This document shows positions 1 through 12,127 of a stretch of DNA of 64,000 nucleotides, piece after piece. Under the pieces are notes generated by a model. That model was given only the letters and a program-made list of their open reading frames with translations, was not told the DNA's origin and did not search any database. Within the stretch, counting starts at the first letter, position 1, and each line of letters opens with the position of its first letter. A program made the position numbers and the translations under genes. Source of the stretch: Marsupella aquatica (taxonomy: Eukaryota; Plantae; Marchantiophyta); assembly GCA_973895155.1 (NCBI GenBank), contig OZ316898.1:10072286-10136285 (forward strand). Reading direction: 5' to 3'.

Positions 1-1
1 A

Positions 2-1732
2 AATGTTTCTGAACTTGAGGAGAAGGCCCTTGTTGCTTTCGCAAAGGAGGGAATATTTGAGGTCTCTGAGGACGAGTTGGAACGCGGCAAGCTACTTCAG
101 CTCTGTTTGTGGTTTAAAAGTTCTTTCACTTGGGTTAATCAGCCACCTTGTGAGAAATGTGGAGGTGATTCATTAGGCATCGGAAGTGGTATTCCAAACT
201 ATGAGGAACGCAAGTGGCTAGGAGACAGAGTGGAGCTTTACAGATGCAAGAGGTGCTTCAGTGAAGTTCGTTTTCCACGGTATAATGATCCGAGGAAGCT
301 TTTGGAAACCAGAAGAGGGCGATGCGGGGAGTGGGCCAATTGTTTCACATTATACTGTAGAGCACTCGGTTATCGAGCTAGATTGATCCTGGATTTTACA
401 GATCACGTGTGGACAGAGTGCTATTTGCCTATAGTTGGACGGTGGGTGCACACTGATCCATGTGAAGGAGTGTTGGACAAGCCACTGCTGTATGAGCAGG
501 GATGGAAGAAGAAGCTCAGCTATATCATTGGCTACAGTCACAACGGTGTAAGAGACGTAACCAAGCGCTATACAAGAAAATGGCCTGAGATCTTGACAAG
601 GAGAAACATTTTGTCAGAGGAAGACGCAGAAGAGGTTCTTATGATGCTAAATCTGCAAATGAGGGGTGAGATATCATCCGAAAAATGGGATGAACTTGCA
701 ACGCTTGATGCACAAGAGGACGCTGAGATCACTACATCTTACCAGTCAGGAGCTCCGGTTCCCACTGAAAAGCCAATGTCAGGGCGGCAAAGTGGTTCAG
801 AAGAATGGCGGGTTGCACGAGGTGAAATTGGAAATTCTGTTAACTCGCAGAACTCCAGTTCAGCCAACAGTGAGTGTCCAGTACGGTCGTGTGTGGATGA
901 GCATGTGACAAATATCAGGGAAGCGGTAGGCAGCCTCTGCTCGGATGTTACAGGGTCAGACTATTCGGTCGAGAAACTAGTTCTCACTTTGAAAGGATTG
1001 CATTCTTTTCTGATGAAGTTGAAATCCGAGCCATTCAGAACGAGAAAAGTCAAACTGGACCAACAGACCGAAGGGGCATGGTTACATCAGGGGAGTGATC
1101 AAACTATCAGTCTCTTACTTCAAGGACTATCACTTCTGGCGTCTCCACAGGAAGATGGTGAAATCTGGGTGCTAGTGGATGGAGATCCAGTGCGGACAGC
1201 ACTTGCTTTGCCTGTAGCTTTGGAGCTTTTGGAGAGGCTTGTGAAGGATGTACCAAGTGAAGTCACAGTGAAATGGCTCGAGCAAGGTTCCAGAGTTTGT
1301 AAGGGTGTTGCATGTGCAAGTCGTGAGGATGCACCTTTGGGTGTTTCGTTATCAGCCTTTGATGGTCTTCACTCCACCAAATGGGAGGAGCCTAACGGAA
1401 GCAAAGGTGCGTGGATCGTGTACCACTTGTCAGATGGTAACCGTAAAAAACTCACTGCATATGAGCTCACATCAGCAAATGACAGTCCTTCAAGGGATCC
1501 CAGTGACTGGGTGTTGGAGGGCAGTGATGACAATGGCAGATCATGGAGAATTCTGGACTCACAAAAAAGGCAGTTATTTGAGGGACGGTTTCTCAGCAAA
1601 ACATATGAGATCAGCAAAGAGAAACACTTTCCATGTGATTCCTTTAGATTAAGATTCTTGGCCACACGAAACCCGGCAATCGATGACCGACTGCAACTAG
1701 GTTGCATCGACCTGATTGCTTCCAAAGTCTGA
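2..1732 (+). CDS. PNG1: Peptide:N-glycanase (PNGase); 5' end lies outside the window; no intron in the visible part
   Basis: Frame is open from base 2 (ELEEKALVAFAKEG...LLQLCLWFK.SF.WVN). Zn pairs CEKC/CKRC, FPRYNDP, transglutaminase triad RCGEWANC / DHVW / HTDPCEG, LLYEQGWKKKLSY, and a C-terminal galactose-binding-like domain (YELTSAND.P.RDPSDWVLEGS). Confidence 0.96.
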   Translation, partial: NVSELEEKALVAFAKEGIFEVSEDELERGKLLQLCLWFKSSFTWVNQPPCEKCGGDSLGIGSGIPNYEERKWLGDRVELYRCKRCFSEVRFPRYNDPRKLLETRRGRCGEWANCFTLYCRALGYRARLILDFTDHVWTECYLPIVGRWVHTDPCEGVLDKPLLYEQGWKKKLSYIIGYSHNGVRDVTKRYTRKWPEILTRRNILSEEDAEEVLMMLNLQMRGEISSEKWDELATLDAQEDAEITTSYQSGAPVPTEKPMSGRQSGSEEWRVARGEIGNSVNSQNSSSANSECPVRSCVDEHVTNIREAVGSLCSDVTGSDYSVEKLVLTLKGLHSFLMKLKSEPFRTRKVKLDQQTEGAWLHQGSDQTISLLLQGLSLLASPQEDGEIWVLVDGDPVRTALALPVALELLERLVKDVPSEVTVKWLEQGSRVCKGVACASREDAPLGVSLSAFDGLHSTKWEEPNGSKGAWIVYHLSDGNRKKLTAYELTSANDSPSRDPSDWVLEGSDDNGRSWRILDSQKRQLFEGRFLSKTYEISKEKHFPCDSFRLRFLATRNPAIDDRLQLGCIDLIASKV

Positions 1733-2569
1733 CTTGACAATGATTGACTAATTTAAAAGCTTAATACTGGAAGGGCACATGCCGATTGCGAGTCCTGACC
1801 TTTTCATGGATTAGAGACAGAATTACTCTATGTTACAAAATAATTGTCAGATTTTCAAAATAAATTGCTTTTCGAGAAACTTGATGAGAAAGGTTGAATT
1901 GAATTCCTTTGCTGCAGGAATACAATTCTCAGTGAACTGTCAAATTGTAGAAGCTCCCAACCGTGCTGGAGGGAAAAACTGTCTCCGCATGTGAATAGGG
2001 AGAGAGCAAACAAAGATACTAGTAATTCATGGTTGTTCAGGTGGGGACAGAGTGGTTCCAGTAAATTCTGTTTGCTACCACAAATCATTAGCAGATGGCG
2101 ATGTCCATAGTGATGAATCATTTTTTATCGTATCAACCAATATTCTCTATTACATGTGTGTTTACAAATGGAAGCGTCGAGACAGGGTACATTTTCCCAA
2201 CAAAGGTTTTATGTGGATTTCCATGTCATGCAGCAAGTAGTGCTCTGATGATCTGTCATGAGTTACCAGGCGCACCCAGCAGCGCCTGTGAGGTGGAAGC
2301 CATTGCTCTGCTGTGGAGAAATGAACAAAATTAGCCATGCAGCCTCTATATGCCAAACAACAAGAAATGCCAAATTAGGAGACAGGATCTATATCATTAC
2401 TAACACTGCCAAAAACAAAAACTGCAAAATTGGGAGACAGGGTCTATATCACACTACCCAGGAGCTCCTGTGAGGTGGAAGCTAATGCTGTGCTACAGAG
2501 TAATGAAGAGGAGGTGAAAGCTAATGCTGTGCTATAGAGTGATGAAGAGGATTAGACAAACAGCCCCCG

Positions 2570-2945
2570 TCTATATCACATTGCCAAAGAACAAAATATG
2601 CCAAATTGGGAAACAGGATCCCAAAGGCGATAAGAGAGTCAATAAAGGGCAGAAAGAAGGGGAAACCTCAGGATTACAAATGAGCCAAAATGCCGGATAT
2701 ATTACATTGCCAAAGAACAAAATATGCCAAATTGGGAAACAGGATCCCAAAGGCAATAAGAGAATAAAGGGCAAAAACGAAGGGAAACCCAAGGATTACA
2801 AATGAGCCAAAATGCCCCATATATCACATTGCCAAAGAGGAAAATATGCCAAATTGGGAAACAGGATCCCAAAGGCATTAAGAGACTCAATAAAGGGCAG
2901 AAAAGAAGGGGAAACCCTAGGATTACAAATGAGCCAAAATGCCCG
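2570..2945. repeat. Tandem array of ~124-bp units (3 copies, plus diverged partial copies at ~2345-2455)
   Basis: TTGCCAAAGAACAAAATATGCCAAATTGGGAAACAGGATCCCAAAGGC recurs near-identically at ~2581, 2707 and 2829. TGTGAGGTGGAAGC is also repeated at ~2287 and ~2468. Confidence 0.9.
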
Positions 2946-3399
2946 ACAGTTACACACACAGCATAGGAGCTAAAGCTCCACGCAACACTAAATTGCAAAG
3001 CCTGGTAAAACTCAGGAGTAAACCTAGTAGAAGGGTCGCTGGGAGATTTGCCCTAAAACCCATCATAGGAGGGTCACTAGGAGCGTCTACACTCCCTAAA
3101 ACCCACAGCCTTGTCGTGTGGATTGGGGACAAGCCCATAAACAATGATAAATGTCCAGGACAGTAGATGCAATATGTCTCGTCATTCCAAGTGTGGGAGT
3201 CACAAGCCCCGGTGATAATAGTTGGTTATCCTGGCAATAATAATTGTACATAAACAGACCTAGGTGGTGCCTAGTTTTGCACCAATCAATGACTATGGTC
3301 ATCAATGAACTGAGAAATACTACTACAGCTTGACATCTCTGTTTTTCCAGATACATATTTGACTGCTCTTTCTAATATAATTAGTACTTTTCTATCTAT

Positions 3400-3755
3400 T
3401 TCCACCATGGGTTAGGCACATTAACTCGGGCTATGGTCATCCTGCACCTGTTTGACATCGGACTATTGAAACTCCCCCCCCCCCACCCTGAATGCTTTAT
3501 CTTGTTACCCCTCCCACCTTGGGGTGAAAATCTTGCCATCAAGCAGTCCAACCTGTTCTGCTCCTACTCATCTTCAGAATATGATAGGATGTCTCCCTCC
3601 TTTGCCACCTATGGTTTATTTTGCTTCCCTATTAGTCAAACTTCTGCCCTTTTGTGCCTGGTTGGGTTGGACCTCTGGCTCCCCCCCCCCCCAGAAGGCT
3701 TTCGTCCCGGGGTTATGTTCTGGGCCCCGCCTTTTTGAAAAGAAAAAATTAAAAG
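3400..3755 (+). mobile_element. Probable 3' end (3'UTR plus A-tail) of a LINE
   Basis: CTGCCCTTTTGTGCCTGG...GGGCCCCGCCTTTTTGAAAAGAAAAAA resembles the reverse complement of the LINE tail at 15286-15370 (CTGTCCTTTTTGCCTGG...GGCCCCCTTCTTTTC-An). No TSD identified; left boundary approximate. Confidence 0.5.
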
Positions 3756-4089
3756 AATCAAACTTCTGCTTGCCACTGTCTATATATATTTTGCTATTTT
3801 TTTACCGTCTTCTTCATCAACAATGTGGAACCAAAAGCAATATTTTCAAGACTACAACAACATTTTCATGCATCACCACTTTTGCTTGAAAAAGATTTCC
3901 ACTCAACTGTATTTCTCAGCAAACTTTTTGTTTGACGGTATATTTAAATATACTATTCAAATACAATCATCTTGCAACCACAACACTTTCTCTTGAAAAC
4001 ACTTCCTCTCAACTGCATTGACCCAAAGGCAGCGACAACTTCTGTGCAACACACAGGTGTGATTGAGGCTCACCTAATGGTTGCTGACA

Positions 4090-4711
4090 GTATTGAGCCT
4101 CACCTTGACAATGTTGCCTCACCCCCACATCTTTGCCTTAGCTCTACATCTAAACTTGCCTTCCGCATTTTGGCCTTGCCTCAACATCTTTGCATCATTT
4201 TAACATCTACACTTTCCTCAACATCTTTGCCTCACTTTGACATCTTGCCCTCATCTCACCAACTTGCCCTTGCCTCAACATCTTTGTCTCGCCTTGACAT
4301 CTTGCGCTCACTTCAACATCTTTCCCTCTGCTTGACAGCTTCCCCTTTGCTCCACATCTTGCCTTCACCTCCACATCTTGCCCTCACCTCCACATCTTTC
4401 CCTCGCCTCCACATCTTGCGCTCACTTCAACATCTTTCCCTCTGCTTGACAGCTTCCCCTTTGCTCCACATCTTGCCTTCACCTCCACATCTTGCCCTCA
4501 CCTCCACATCTTTCCCTCGCCTCAACATCTTGTCCTCTCCTTGATATCCTACCCTCACATCCCTATCTTTGCCTCTCCTTGACATCTTTTACTCACCTTG
4601 ACATCTTGCCCTTGTCTCAACATCTTGCCCCTCACCTCAATGTCTTTCCCTTTCCTGGACATCTAGCCTTCACCTCTGGAATCTTTAGTGCAACACAGGG
4701 CATTGGGCTAG
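4090..4711 (+). mobile_element. Helitron 3' end with a subterminal CAACATCTT/GACATCTT minisatellite
   Basis: An array of short CCTCAACATCTT-like units ends in GTGCAACACAGGGCATTGGG-CTAG|T (CTAG at 4708-4711), the hairpin plus CTRR terminus typical of plant Helitrons. Confidence 0.75.
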
Positions 4712-4905
4712 TATCCTATAATACCTTATAAACAGGACGTTACTATACTTTACATATGTGACCCAACTCTATCCGAAGCGAGCACCAAAGCTGACCACCG
4801 GTGACTGGGGTTCAACCCGTGATCATAATAACTGGAGTTATAATTCCCACCTTGTGAAGCAGGTTGCTCTCGTGCAGTGGTTGCTGCTGGCCACATTCAG
4901 GAGCT

Positions 4906-7484
4906 ATGGCGACCGGTGCTCTCAAGTGCCACTCTCTACCTCCCAACCTCATTTCCCCTCTCTCATTTGTGTCCAGAATTAAAAATTCGCCTCTCTCCGC
5001 CTCTATCCGAGCTGCTGCCGGATTCCCCAACTTCCCCAACTCGAGGAATGCCCGCTTATTGAAGCAGAAGCAGCAGGCAGGAGGAGCTGATCGAATCAGA
5101 CATTGCCAACGACTCCCAGTGCCAAGAGCGTCGATTGGTGCGAGAACTGCATCGTCAGATTCGTCATCAGGAAAGAGCTTGGCGATGGATTCATCGACTA
5201 TTGTGCCTGGCGTGATAGTGGGAGCTGGGAGAGTTGGCCAAGCTCTGGAGAAGATGGGTGGAGGACAGGACATTGTGGTTAAGAGGGGGCAGGCAGTCCC
5301 TCCTGACAGTGAAGGCCCCATCATTGTCTGCACTCGGAATGATGCCCTGGCTGGAATCATAGACTCTGCTCCACCGTCTCGTCGGGAAGGTTTGCTGCTT
5401 TCTCATAACTTCTCGTGTTCACAATGGTAGAAACATATTCATTTAATTTTGCATTGGGTTATATCAATTGGTCTGTCCAGTAATGGGCGGTTTGTTTCTC
5501 TACTCTGTACTGAACTCTATGTAGATATTGTCATGGCAGTTCCTCTGGAATCCAATTCATTCGGAATCGGTGAATGATCAGGATTGTCTAGTTCTCTCGG
5601 CTTTTCTCATTCTCTTGGCCTTCTGTCATCTTTTAATTTAATATCATGATTCTCCTATCCTCTCTGTCTTGCACCCTTCGTTGTCAGTGACGTATCATAA
5701 TTTTCCAGTTCTTTCAGCTGTTCTTATTTCTTTCCGCCATCGCTACATTTCTACCGAATTCCCGGATCTCAGCCATGTAGCCTATAAACTTCGTTCCAGA
5801 TCTCTCAAGGACTGCATCATCACTTTTTAAGGAGTGAATTAGAAGACTCCAGTGGGACCAATTTAGGTCACCACAATGCTTTTGTTGAGAAGGGTTTAGT
5901 TTGAGGGGACTGAGAAAAGCAGCAGATTTTGTGTTTATACAGAATGGGATGCTGGAGCCATTTCTGGAGAGCAAAGGATTGGCTGATGCTACAATTGTCC
6001 TTGTCTACTTCGCTGTGGCTAAGCTTGGAGACCCCCCTATTGATGGTAAGACAGATCTGAATCCAGAAGGCCTCACTGCCGCTTCAGGGAAATGGGCTGA
6101 AGCCATAGCTACTCGGCTTCAGTCCACTGGGCTGTCTTGTAAGGTGAGTTTAAGACTCACAAATATCAGAAAGGTTTTACAGCTTTTCTCTCCAAAATAA
6201 TTACAGTGTGCACATCTATGGATCGTGGATTTGAAGTTTTCTTTCTGATTTGGCTGTGATCCGTCTGGTCTGAAGCTTGGAATGTATTGTGAAGGTGTTA
6301 GATCGTGAAGAGTTTAAGAAACCACTTCTGGAGAAGCTCATATGGATTGCAGCTTTCATGGTAGTTGGTGCGCGGCATCCTGGTGCTACAGTTGGAGCGG
6401 TCGAAAAAGAGCATCGTGATGAGGTACAGCCATATTAAATCCTTTAATGGAATATTCTGAAAATCTGACATTCAATCTTTTGGCATACTGTCACTGAAAA
6501 GTCTTTGGTTCGGTTTGTTCGAAGAGATACCCCAGATTAGTGTGTTTCATCTACGTAAGTACTTCGACATCAAGGGATTTTCGAGATGGCCATGCCTTTG
6601 TTCATTGCCTGTCTTTGTTTGTTAGGATGCCGAATTATTTTTTCTCTTACACTAGTGGCTATGCTGTAAATTCTTATTTGCAAAAAATTGCGAGCTTATA
6701 TTCTTGACTGGATTAGGCCGTAGTGTCACTGGTATTTGATAGTGAATGCTCATATCATGAGAGAAATACACTGCAGGTTGTCGGCTTAATTAAAGAGCTT
6801 GCAGCAGCAGCAGAATCTGAAAAGGACTTCAAGTTTGATGCTGGTTTGGAGGAGCGCTTGCTTTCATACGCACGTTCTGTGGCCCATTTTCCCACTGCTG
6901 TCAAAGAGGTTTGAACCTGCCTCCGTGATGTTTTCTTGAGTTAGGGTATGAAATGTTCGACAAATATATCCCCCCATGAGAAATAGTCTCATAATTATTA
7001 TTATTTGCAATCTCCGATTAGGAGTCAACACGGTGAAAACTGTTGCAGCGAATTTGTTCAATTTGCCGATGAATCAGGCAGCGAGGGCATTTGGGGAACC
7101 CTAGCTCGCCAATTTGTTTGTCCTTTTTGGCGATTTATTATTTTAGATTGAGGGCTTTCCCAACATGGTTGCCAACAAACCATGTCGCTCTCTCACCAAA
7201 TTGGTTAACAAAATTGTAGAGAACAGGCTGAATGTCTGGGAACATGGTGAATATTTGTGGATTCATTTTCGGGAAACGAATGAAAGATAAACTCTTATTG
7301 AGATGCTGGCAAGTGATATGGAAGTCTTTCTTTGGCTAACTGACGTGTGCTTGTTTTGATGCAGTTTGAGTGGAGAAACGGCTGGTTCTACAATATTTCT
7401 CAGAGAGCTATCGCCAAAGGCCAAAGCGATCCAATGCCTCTACATACCGCATGGCTGAAGGAAGTTGGGGCTATCAAAGATTAG
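4906..7484 (+). CDS. Conserved plastid-targeted Rossmann-like protein (Arabidopsis At1g16080-like); 5 exons: 4906-5389, 5926-6143, 6295-6423, 6777-6908, 7365-7484
   Basis: Transit-peptide-like N-terminus, then VIVGAGRVG, GPIIVCTRND, FIQNGMLEP, DGKTDLNPEGLTAA.GKWA, LEKLIWI.AFM.VGARHPGA, HFPTAVKE|FEWRNGWFY. All introns are GT-AG and the exons join in frame. Confidence 0.9.
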
Positions 7485-8248
7485 GAATCATGATGAGAAT
7501 GGCCATGGAACCGAGGCTATGGTGGACAACAGTTGCTCTGCTCATAGTGTGAAGACGGTGTAAGTTACCAGCCCAAAGCGGAGCTAGCAATGAGGACAAT
7601 ATGTACATTTGAAAAAATTTCGCCAGTAATAATAGAAGAAGTTTGTACCACATGGTTCGGGACTTCCTCTGTCGGGCTATCTGATTTCTGGGATTCTATT
7701 TGTGCTTCAACTAATCAATTGAGTGGGTTCAAGATTGTGAAGTTATCCTACAACCGGGACATGTGCATTCGAAAAGCAAGGAAGTCTCTGTAATCACACC
7801 TCAATCATTAACTACATCGTTCAATTGAACAATGTACAACAATGTTCAATTGTTCAATAGTTCAATTGTTGAAGAATTTAGAACCTGCTCAAAAGTTTCA
7901 TGCTACACTTGACAGGACTATGGGTAGTGTTTTGACTTAACTCAACAAGGCTCTATGTCGCTCTGAGAGAATGCAGTTAATAGAAGTTCAAAAGTTCCTA
8001 CGAAACTCTGTCGCTGACACAACATACCTCCAAAACTTTTGTGGATACTGGTTCCCAGTTGACCACCTATTTGGCTGCCGAATAAGTGTTTTCGCCATAT
8101 TCCATAGCTTAAATTTAATTACCTCCATCCAGAACACTACAACGCGAGGCTTCACATGCCCTACTGGACCAACTAACCACTGGCAAGATTTCCCCAACTA
8201 CGGTTTGCTTTCCGCAATGCCGTGATTGTCCTTATCAGACTCTGCAAC

Positions 8249-8665
8249 CATTAGAATTTGAGAGATTGTCGGTATCAGGCTCTCCCACTAGGGAAGCTAA
8301 AAACATTAGAATTTGAGACATTGTCGGTATCCGACTCTCCCACTAGGGAAGCTAAAAACATTAGAATTTGAGAGATTGTCGGTATCCGACTCTCCCACTA
8401 GGGAAGCTAAATTCAATAAGAACCTGTGCACTTTATAATGAGACCTACTGCCGTAGCTCTTTATATTTAAAGTCCTCTGGGGGCGTTCTCCCAAAGTGGA
8501 ATCCCTCGTGCTTTCATTTGAAAACAATGCCCTAATGGGAGAGCTTTGCCTTCCACCATAGGACCCTAGTGTTCTTGGGTCGTTCTGCCAAGGTGGAATC
8601 CCTCGTGCTTTCATTTGGAACAATGCCCTTATGGGAGGGCTTTGCATTCCACCATAGGACCCATG
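8249..8665. repeat. 55-bp tandem repeat x3 (8249-8411) and ~100-bp direct repeat x2 (~8497-8665)
   Basis: CATTAGAATTTGAGA...CTCTCCCACTAGGGAAGCTAAA at 8249, 8304 and 8359; GTGGAATCCCTCGTGCTTTCATTTG...CCACCATAGGACCC occurs twice. Confidence 0.85.
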
Positions 8666-9966
8666 TGATTGCATGCTGCCAACTGTTCGCCAAAAAAATC
8701 TAATACCTCCTTTCAAGCACCACAGATTCACTCTCCAAGGAAACGCCTGACAGTTGAGGATGCCATCCTCAGCTCCACTCGAAAGGGCATGCTATTCTGC
8801 TACTCAAATTCCATTCTCCCAAGTTTGGATCTAAATGTGCGTCCGGTGAAAACTGTTAATTACAGGAAGATAACTACACCAGCAAAAGTCAACAGGCTTT
8901 GAGAAGTTTCAGTGAGTATCATTACTAGGTTCCCACAGTTGTACTTACTGGCTTGTACGATATCTATTTTGCTTTCTCCATCAGAATGGAGTTGAACATT
9001 CTCAGTCTTCCACAGATTTTAAGTCCAATTCCCATTCTTGGGAGATTATTCTAATCTTGTCAGGTCCACTTCAGGGTATTTACTTAAGAATTTGCAGCGG
9101 TACGGATCATACTAAAAAGTGAATTGAATCCAAAGAACGAGGATATCTATTGGAAAAGTACAACACTCTTAAAACAGAGGGAGGCAAAAGTACATAGCAC
9201 CAAACAAAACACAAAGAAAAGAATCATGAACGAACCAACGCCGGGTAGAAAACTCCAAAGAAAAGATATTACTGGTACGACGGAGAAAGTATTCCAGAGG
9301 TACTGCGTTCGAGAGCAAAGCGTATAGTTCAGGACCGGCAGTAATATTCTTATGTCATGTACATTCTAAACGTTTGTCGGACTCTCAATATGTCGAATCG
9401 AAAGAATCATTTAGAGGTAGGTTTGGTCATTCTTGTCTACATGGGAAGTGATGAGTGGACAAGGTAAGCAACTAGCATTTCATCCTACAGAATGAACTCA
9501 GATTTCAGTTTTCCTTCAGCTGGTTCAGAGACTTTCCGCACTGTTGGAAAATTTGAATTGAATGCATAATCCCAGCAGATCGCAGAGGAAATTGAAGAGC
9601 ATAAAATTATTACATGTGTCTAAATAAACGAATGAATTGCAGAGAATTGCAGAGAATTGAAGAAAAATCAGAACACAACAAAAGTTTGGAGACATTGGAA
9701 GGCCGAAGACAGGGACATCGCTTCAGCATAGCAGAACGCCAAATTAACAACGACGCCACAATCTAATTCAACTACTTAAATCGATTTCCTTTAATGCTGG
9801 GTGTGACCTTGATTGTCCGGCACAAGACACTGGCAAAGATAACGAAGCACCTGATACAATATTATGCCGCGAGCATAGTAAAAATGTCCTCGACAGACCG
9901 AATAGTTTCAGAAAATCGTACTCTTGGTACAATACAATGCTAACCGCATAGCAAAAACTAGCAATA

Positions 9967-11065
9967 CTATTTCTTCTTGCCAACTTTACCCTCTTTGCGT
10001 CTAATAACCTCATCCTGGTACTTGATACCTTTTCCCTTGTAAGGTTCTGGGGGTCTCCACTTCCTTATTGCTGCTGAAAAATCACCTACTGCACACTTGT
10101 CGCGTCCAGAGATAGTAACCCTGGTGTTTTCGTCCACCTTTACAGTGATACCAGATGGAATCGGCAATCGTACTTGATGTGAAAATCCCAAGTTCATGGT
10201 AAGTTCCTTACCGGCCACAGCTGCACGATAACCAACACCTACTAGCTGCAGCTTCTTCTCAAAACCTTTGGACACTCCAACCACCATGTTGTCTGTGAGG
10301 GTCCTGCATTCCTCAAACGCCTGGGTGTCATAAAAATACCTGGACAGACTGATCTAGACATAGGATTGTAATGGAATCTACATTCACCTAACAAGTGCAA
10401 TTCATCATCCACTATCAGAGAGAGAGAGCGAGAGAAAGAGACACAGTTCGTGACTGAAAGAAAGAAAGAAATAAGTGAAGTTTAGGGTTCCTGGTGACCA
10501 TGACCCATCCACGTCCATCTACTTAACCCGGATGTGGAGAGGAAAAACTAACTACGGGAGGTCTTAGAGACATACTAAGAGTTGGAATAAGAAGAAATAA
10601 GACGATACAGCCAGGTCTCCATTTTGCTAAATCCAAAACAGATGTGATGAATGAATGAGAGATATGATGAAATGAATGAAAAAGAGACCTGAACAATCCA
10701 TGCATTTGGCGAGCTCTGCGCGTATCCACGGCCCTGGCGACAAAGATCTTCCCGGAGTCATCACGCGTGAGCTTAACTTCGACGGGGTAAGTCCTGGCGA
10801 GCTCTCCGAGAGGGCCCTTCACAGCCAAGCTCTGCCCGTCGAGAGTGACGACCACACCGGACGGCACATCAATGGGCGCCTTTCCAATCCTCGACTCCTT
10901 GCACTCAATTCTCAGAACTCCAGAGCTACTCGACGATGACGAACCCGCAAACCGTTGCTTCTCGGCCGCGGCGACGACGACCTTCTCCCCTGCAAACGAG
11001 CTTTGCAGGCCATAGCTCGCTCGTCCATTGTGGACGAGCGAGGCGGACTGCAATGTGAGTGACAT
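9967..11065 (-). CDS. RPL6: Nuclear-encoded chloroplast 50S ribosomal protein L6; exons 11065-10689 and 10303-9967
   Basis: Ser-rich transit peptide, then [27 protein letters not shown]|[43 protein letters not shown]. One GT-AG intron. Confidence 0.97.
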
Positions 11066-11112
11066 GGAGAGCGATTTCTGTCCAGCGATTGATTTCTCTT
11101 CTGGGCTTTCAG

Positions 11113-12010
11113 ATATAGTAGTAGAGCAGTAGTACTTCGGATTGCCTGCTCAATCCCGGGTCGGGTTTGGATGCGGTCGGATCCATCCTTGCTGTGGAGT
11201 GAGGGTTGCATGGGCCCTCCTGTCGGAGCCCTGCACTCCCCACATGGTTGGACACCAGTCTTCAGTCGTCAAGTACAGGTAGCAGTGTACAAGCGCACCC
11301 TGGATTAGTGCAAGTCATCCATGGTATCCCCTAATATAGTAGTACTGAGATGAGACTACAATTGTGCAGTAGTAATGTCCACTACCACATTCAAATTGCC
11401 TGCTCAATCCCGGGTTGGGTTGGATGCGGTTGGGTCTGTCCTTGCTGTAGAGGGAGGGTTCCATGGCCCCTCCTGTTGGAACCCTTGCATTCCCCACATC
11501 GTTACACCATAGTCTTCAAGTACAGTTAACCGTGTATAAGCATAGCCTGGATTAGTGCATGCCAACCATGTTATCCTCTAATATAGTAGTAGTGGAGATG
11601 AGATGAGACTAGCGCACTAGTATGTCCACCGCCGCATTTGGATTGCCTGTTCAATCCCGGGTTGGAGTTGGATGGGGTTGGGTTCATCCTTGCTGTAGAG
11701 GGAGGGTTCCATGGCCCCTCTTGTCGGAGCCCTCGCACTCCCACATCGTTGCACACCAGTCTTCAAGTACAGTTAACCGTGTGTAAGTGCAACCTGGATT
11801 AGTGCAGGCCAACCACATTATCCCCTAATATAGTAGTAGTGAGATGAGACTACAATTGTGCAATAGTAATGTCCACCACCACATTTGGATTGCCTAATCA
11901 ATCAGGGGTCAGGTCGGGTCCACCCTTGCTGTAGAGGAAGGGTTCCATGGGCCCTCCTGTCAAAACCCTTGCACTCCCCACATCGTTGCACATACCACTC
12001 TTCAAGTACA
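11113..12010. repeat. Tandem array of ~250-bp units (about 3.6 copies) directly upstream of RPL6
   Basis: ATTGCCTG(C/T)TCAATCCCGGG...CCTTGCTGT...GGGTTCCATGG...GCACTCCCCACAT...CTTCAAGTACA recurs at ~11140, 11395, 11642 and 11889. Confidence 0.92.
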
Positions 12011-12020
12011 ATGAACTGTT

Positions 12021-12127
12021 TGGCTTTGGTCAGTTGGCCAGGGGATGAGCCTAGAACTGAGAGGTCCCAGGTTCAATGCCCCCTCCACACGCAAGGGGTG
12101 TGGAGGGTATGTGTGTGTATGTGTGGA
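12021..12127 (+). mobile_element. tRNA-derived SINE-like sequence
   Basis: A-box-like TGGTCAGTTGG, B-box GGTTCAATGCC, a CCCTCCACA/TGTGGAGGG hairpin and a (TG)n tail. I could not fold it into a complete tRNA. Confidence 0.45.

Noticed and set aside
3972-4731. Leu/Ser/His-rich ORFs (also at 19739-19993 and 21989-22415)
   Set aside because: They are translations of the Helitron subterminal minisatellite.
9967-11065. RPL6 as an organellar or bacterial insertion
   Set aside because: It has a transit peptide and a spliceosomal intron, so it is an ordinary nuclear gene.
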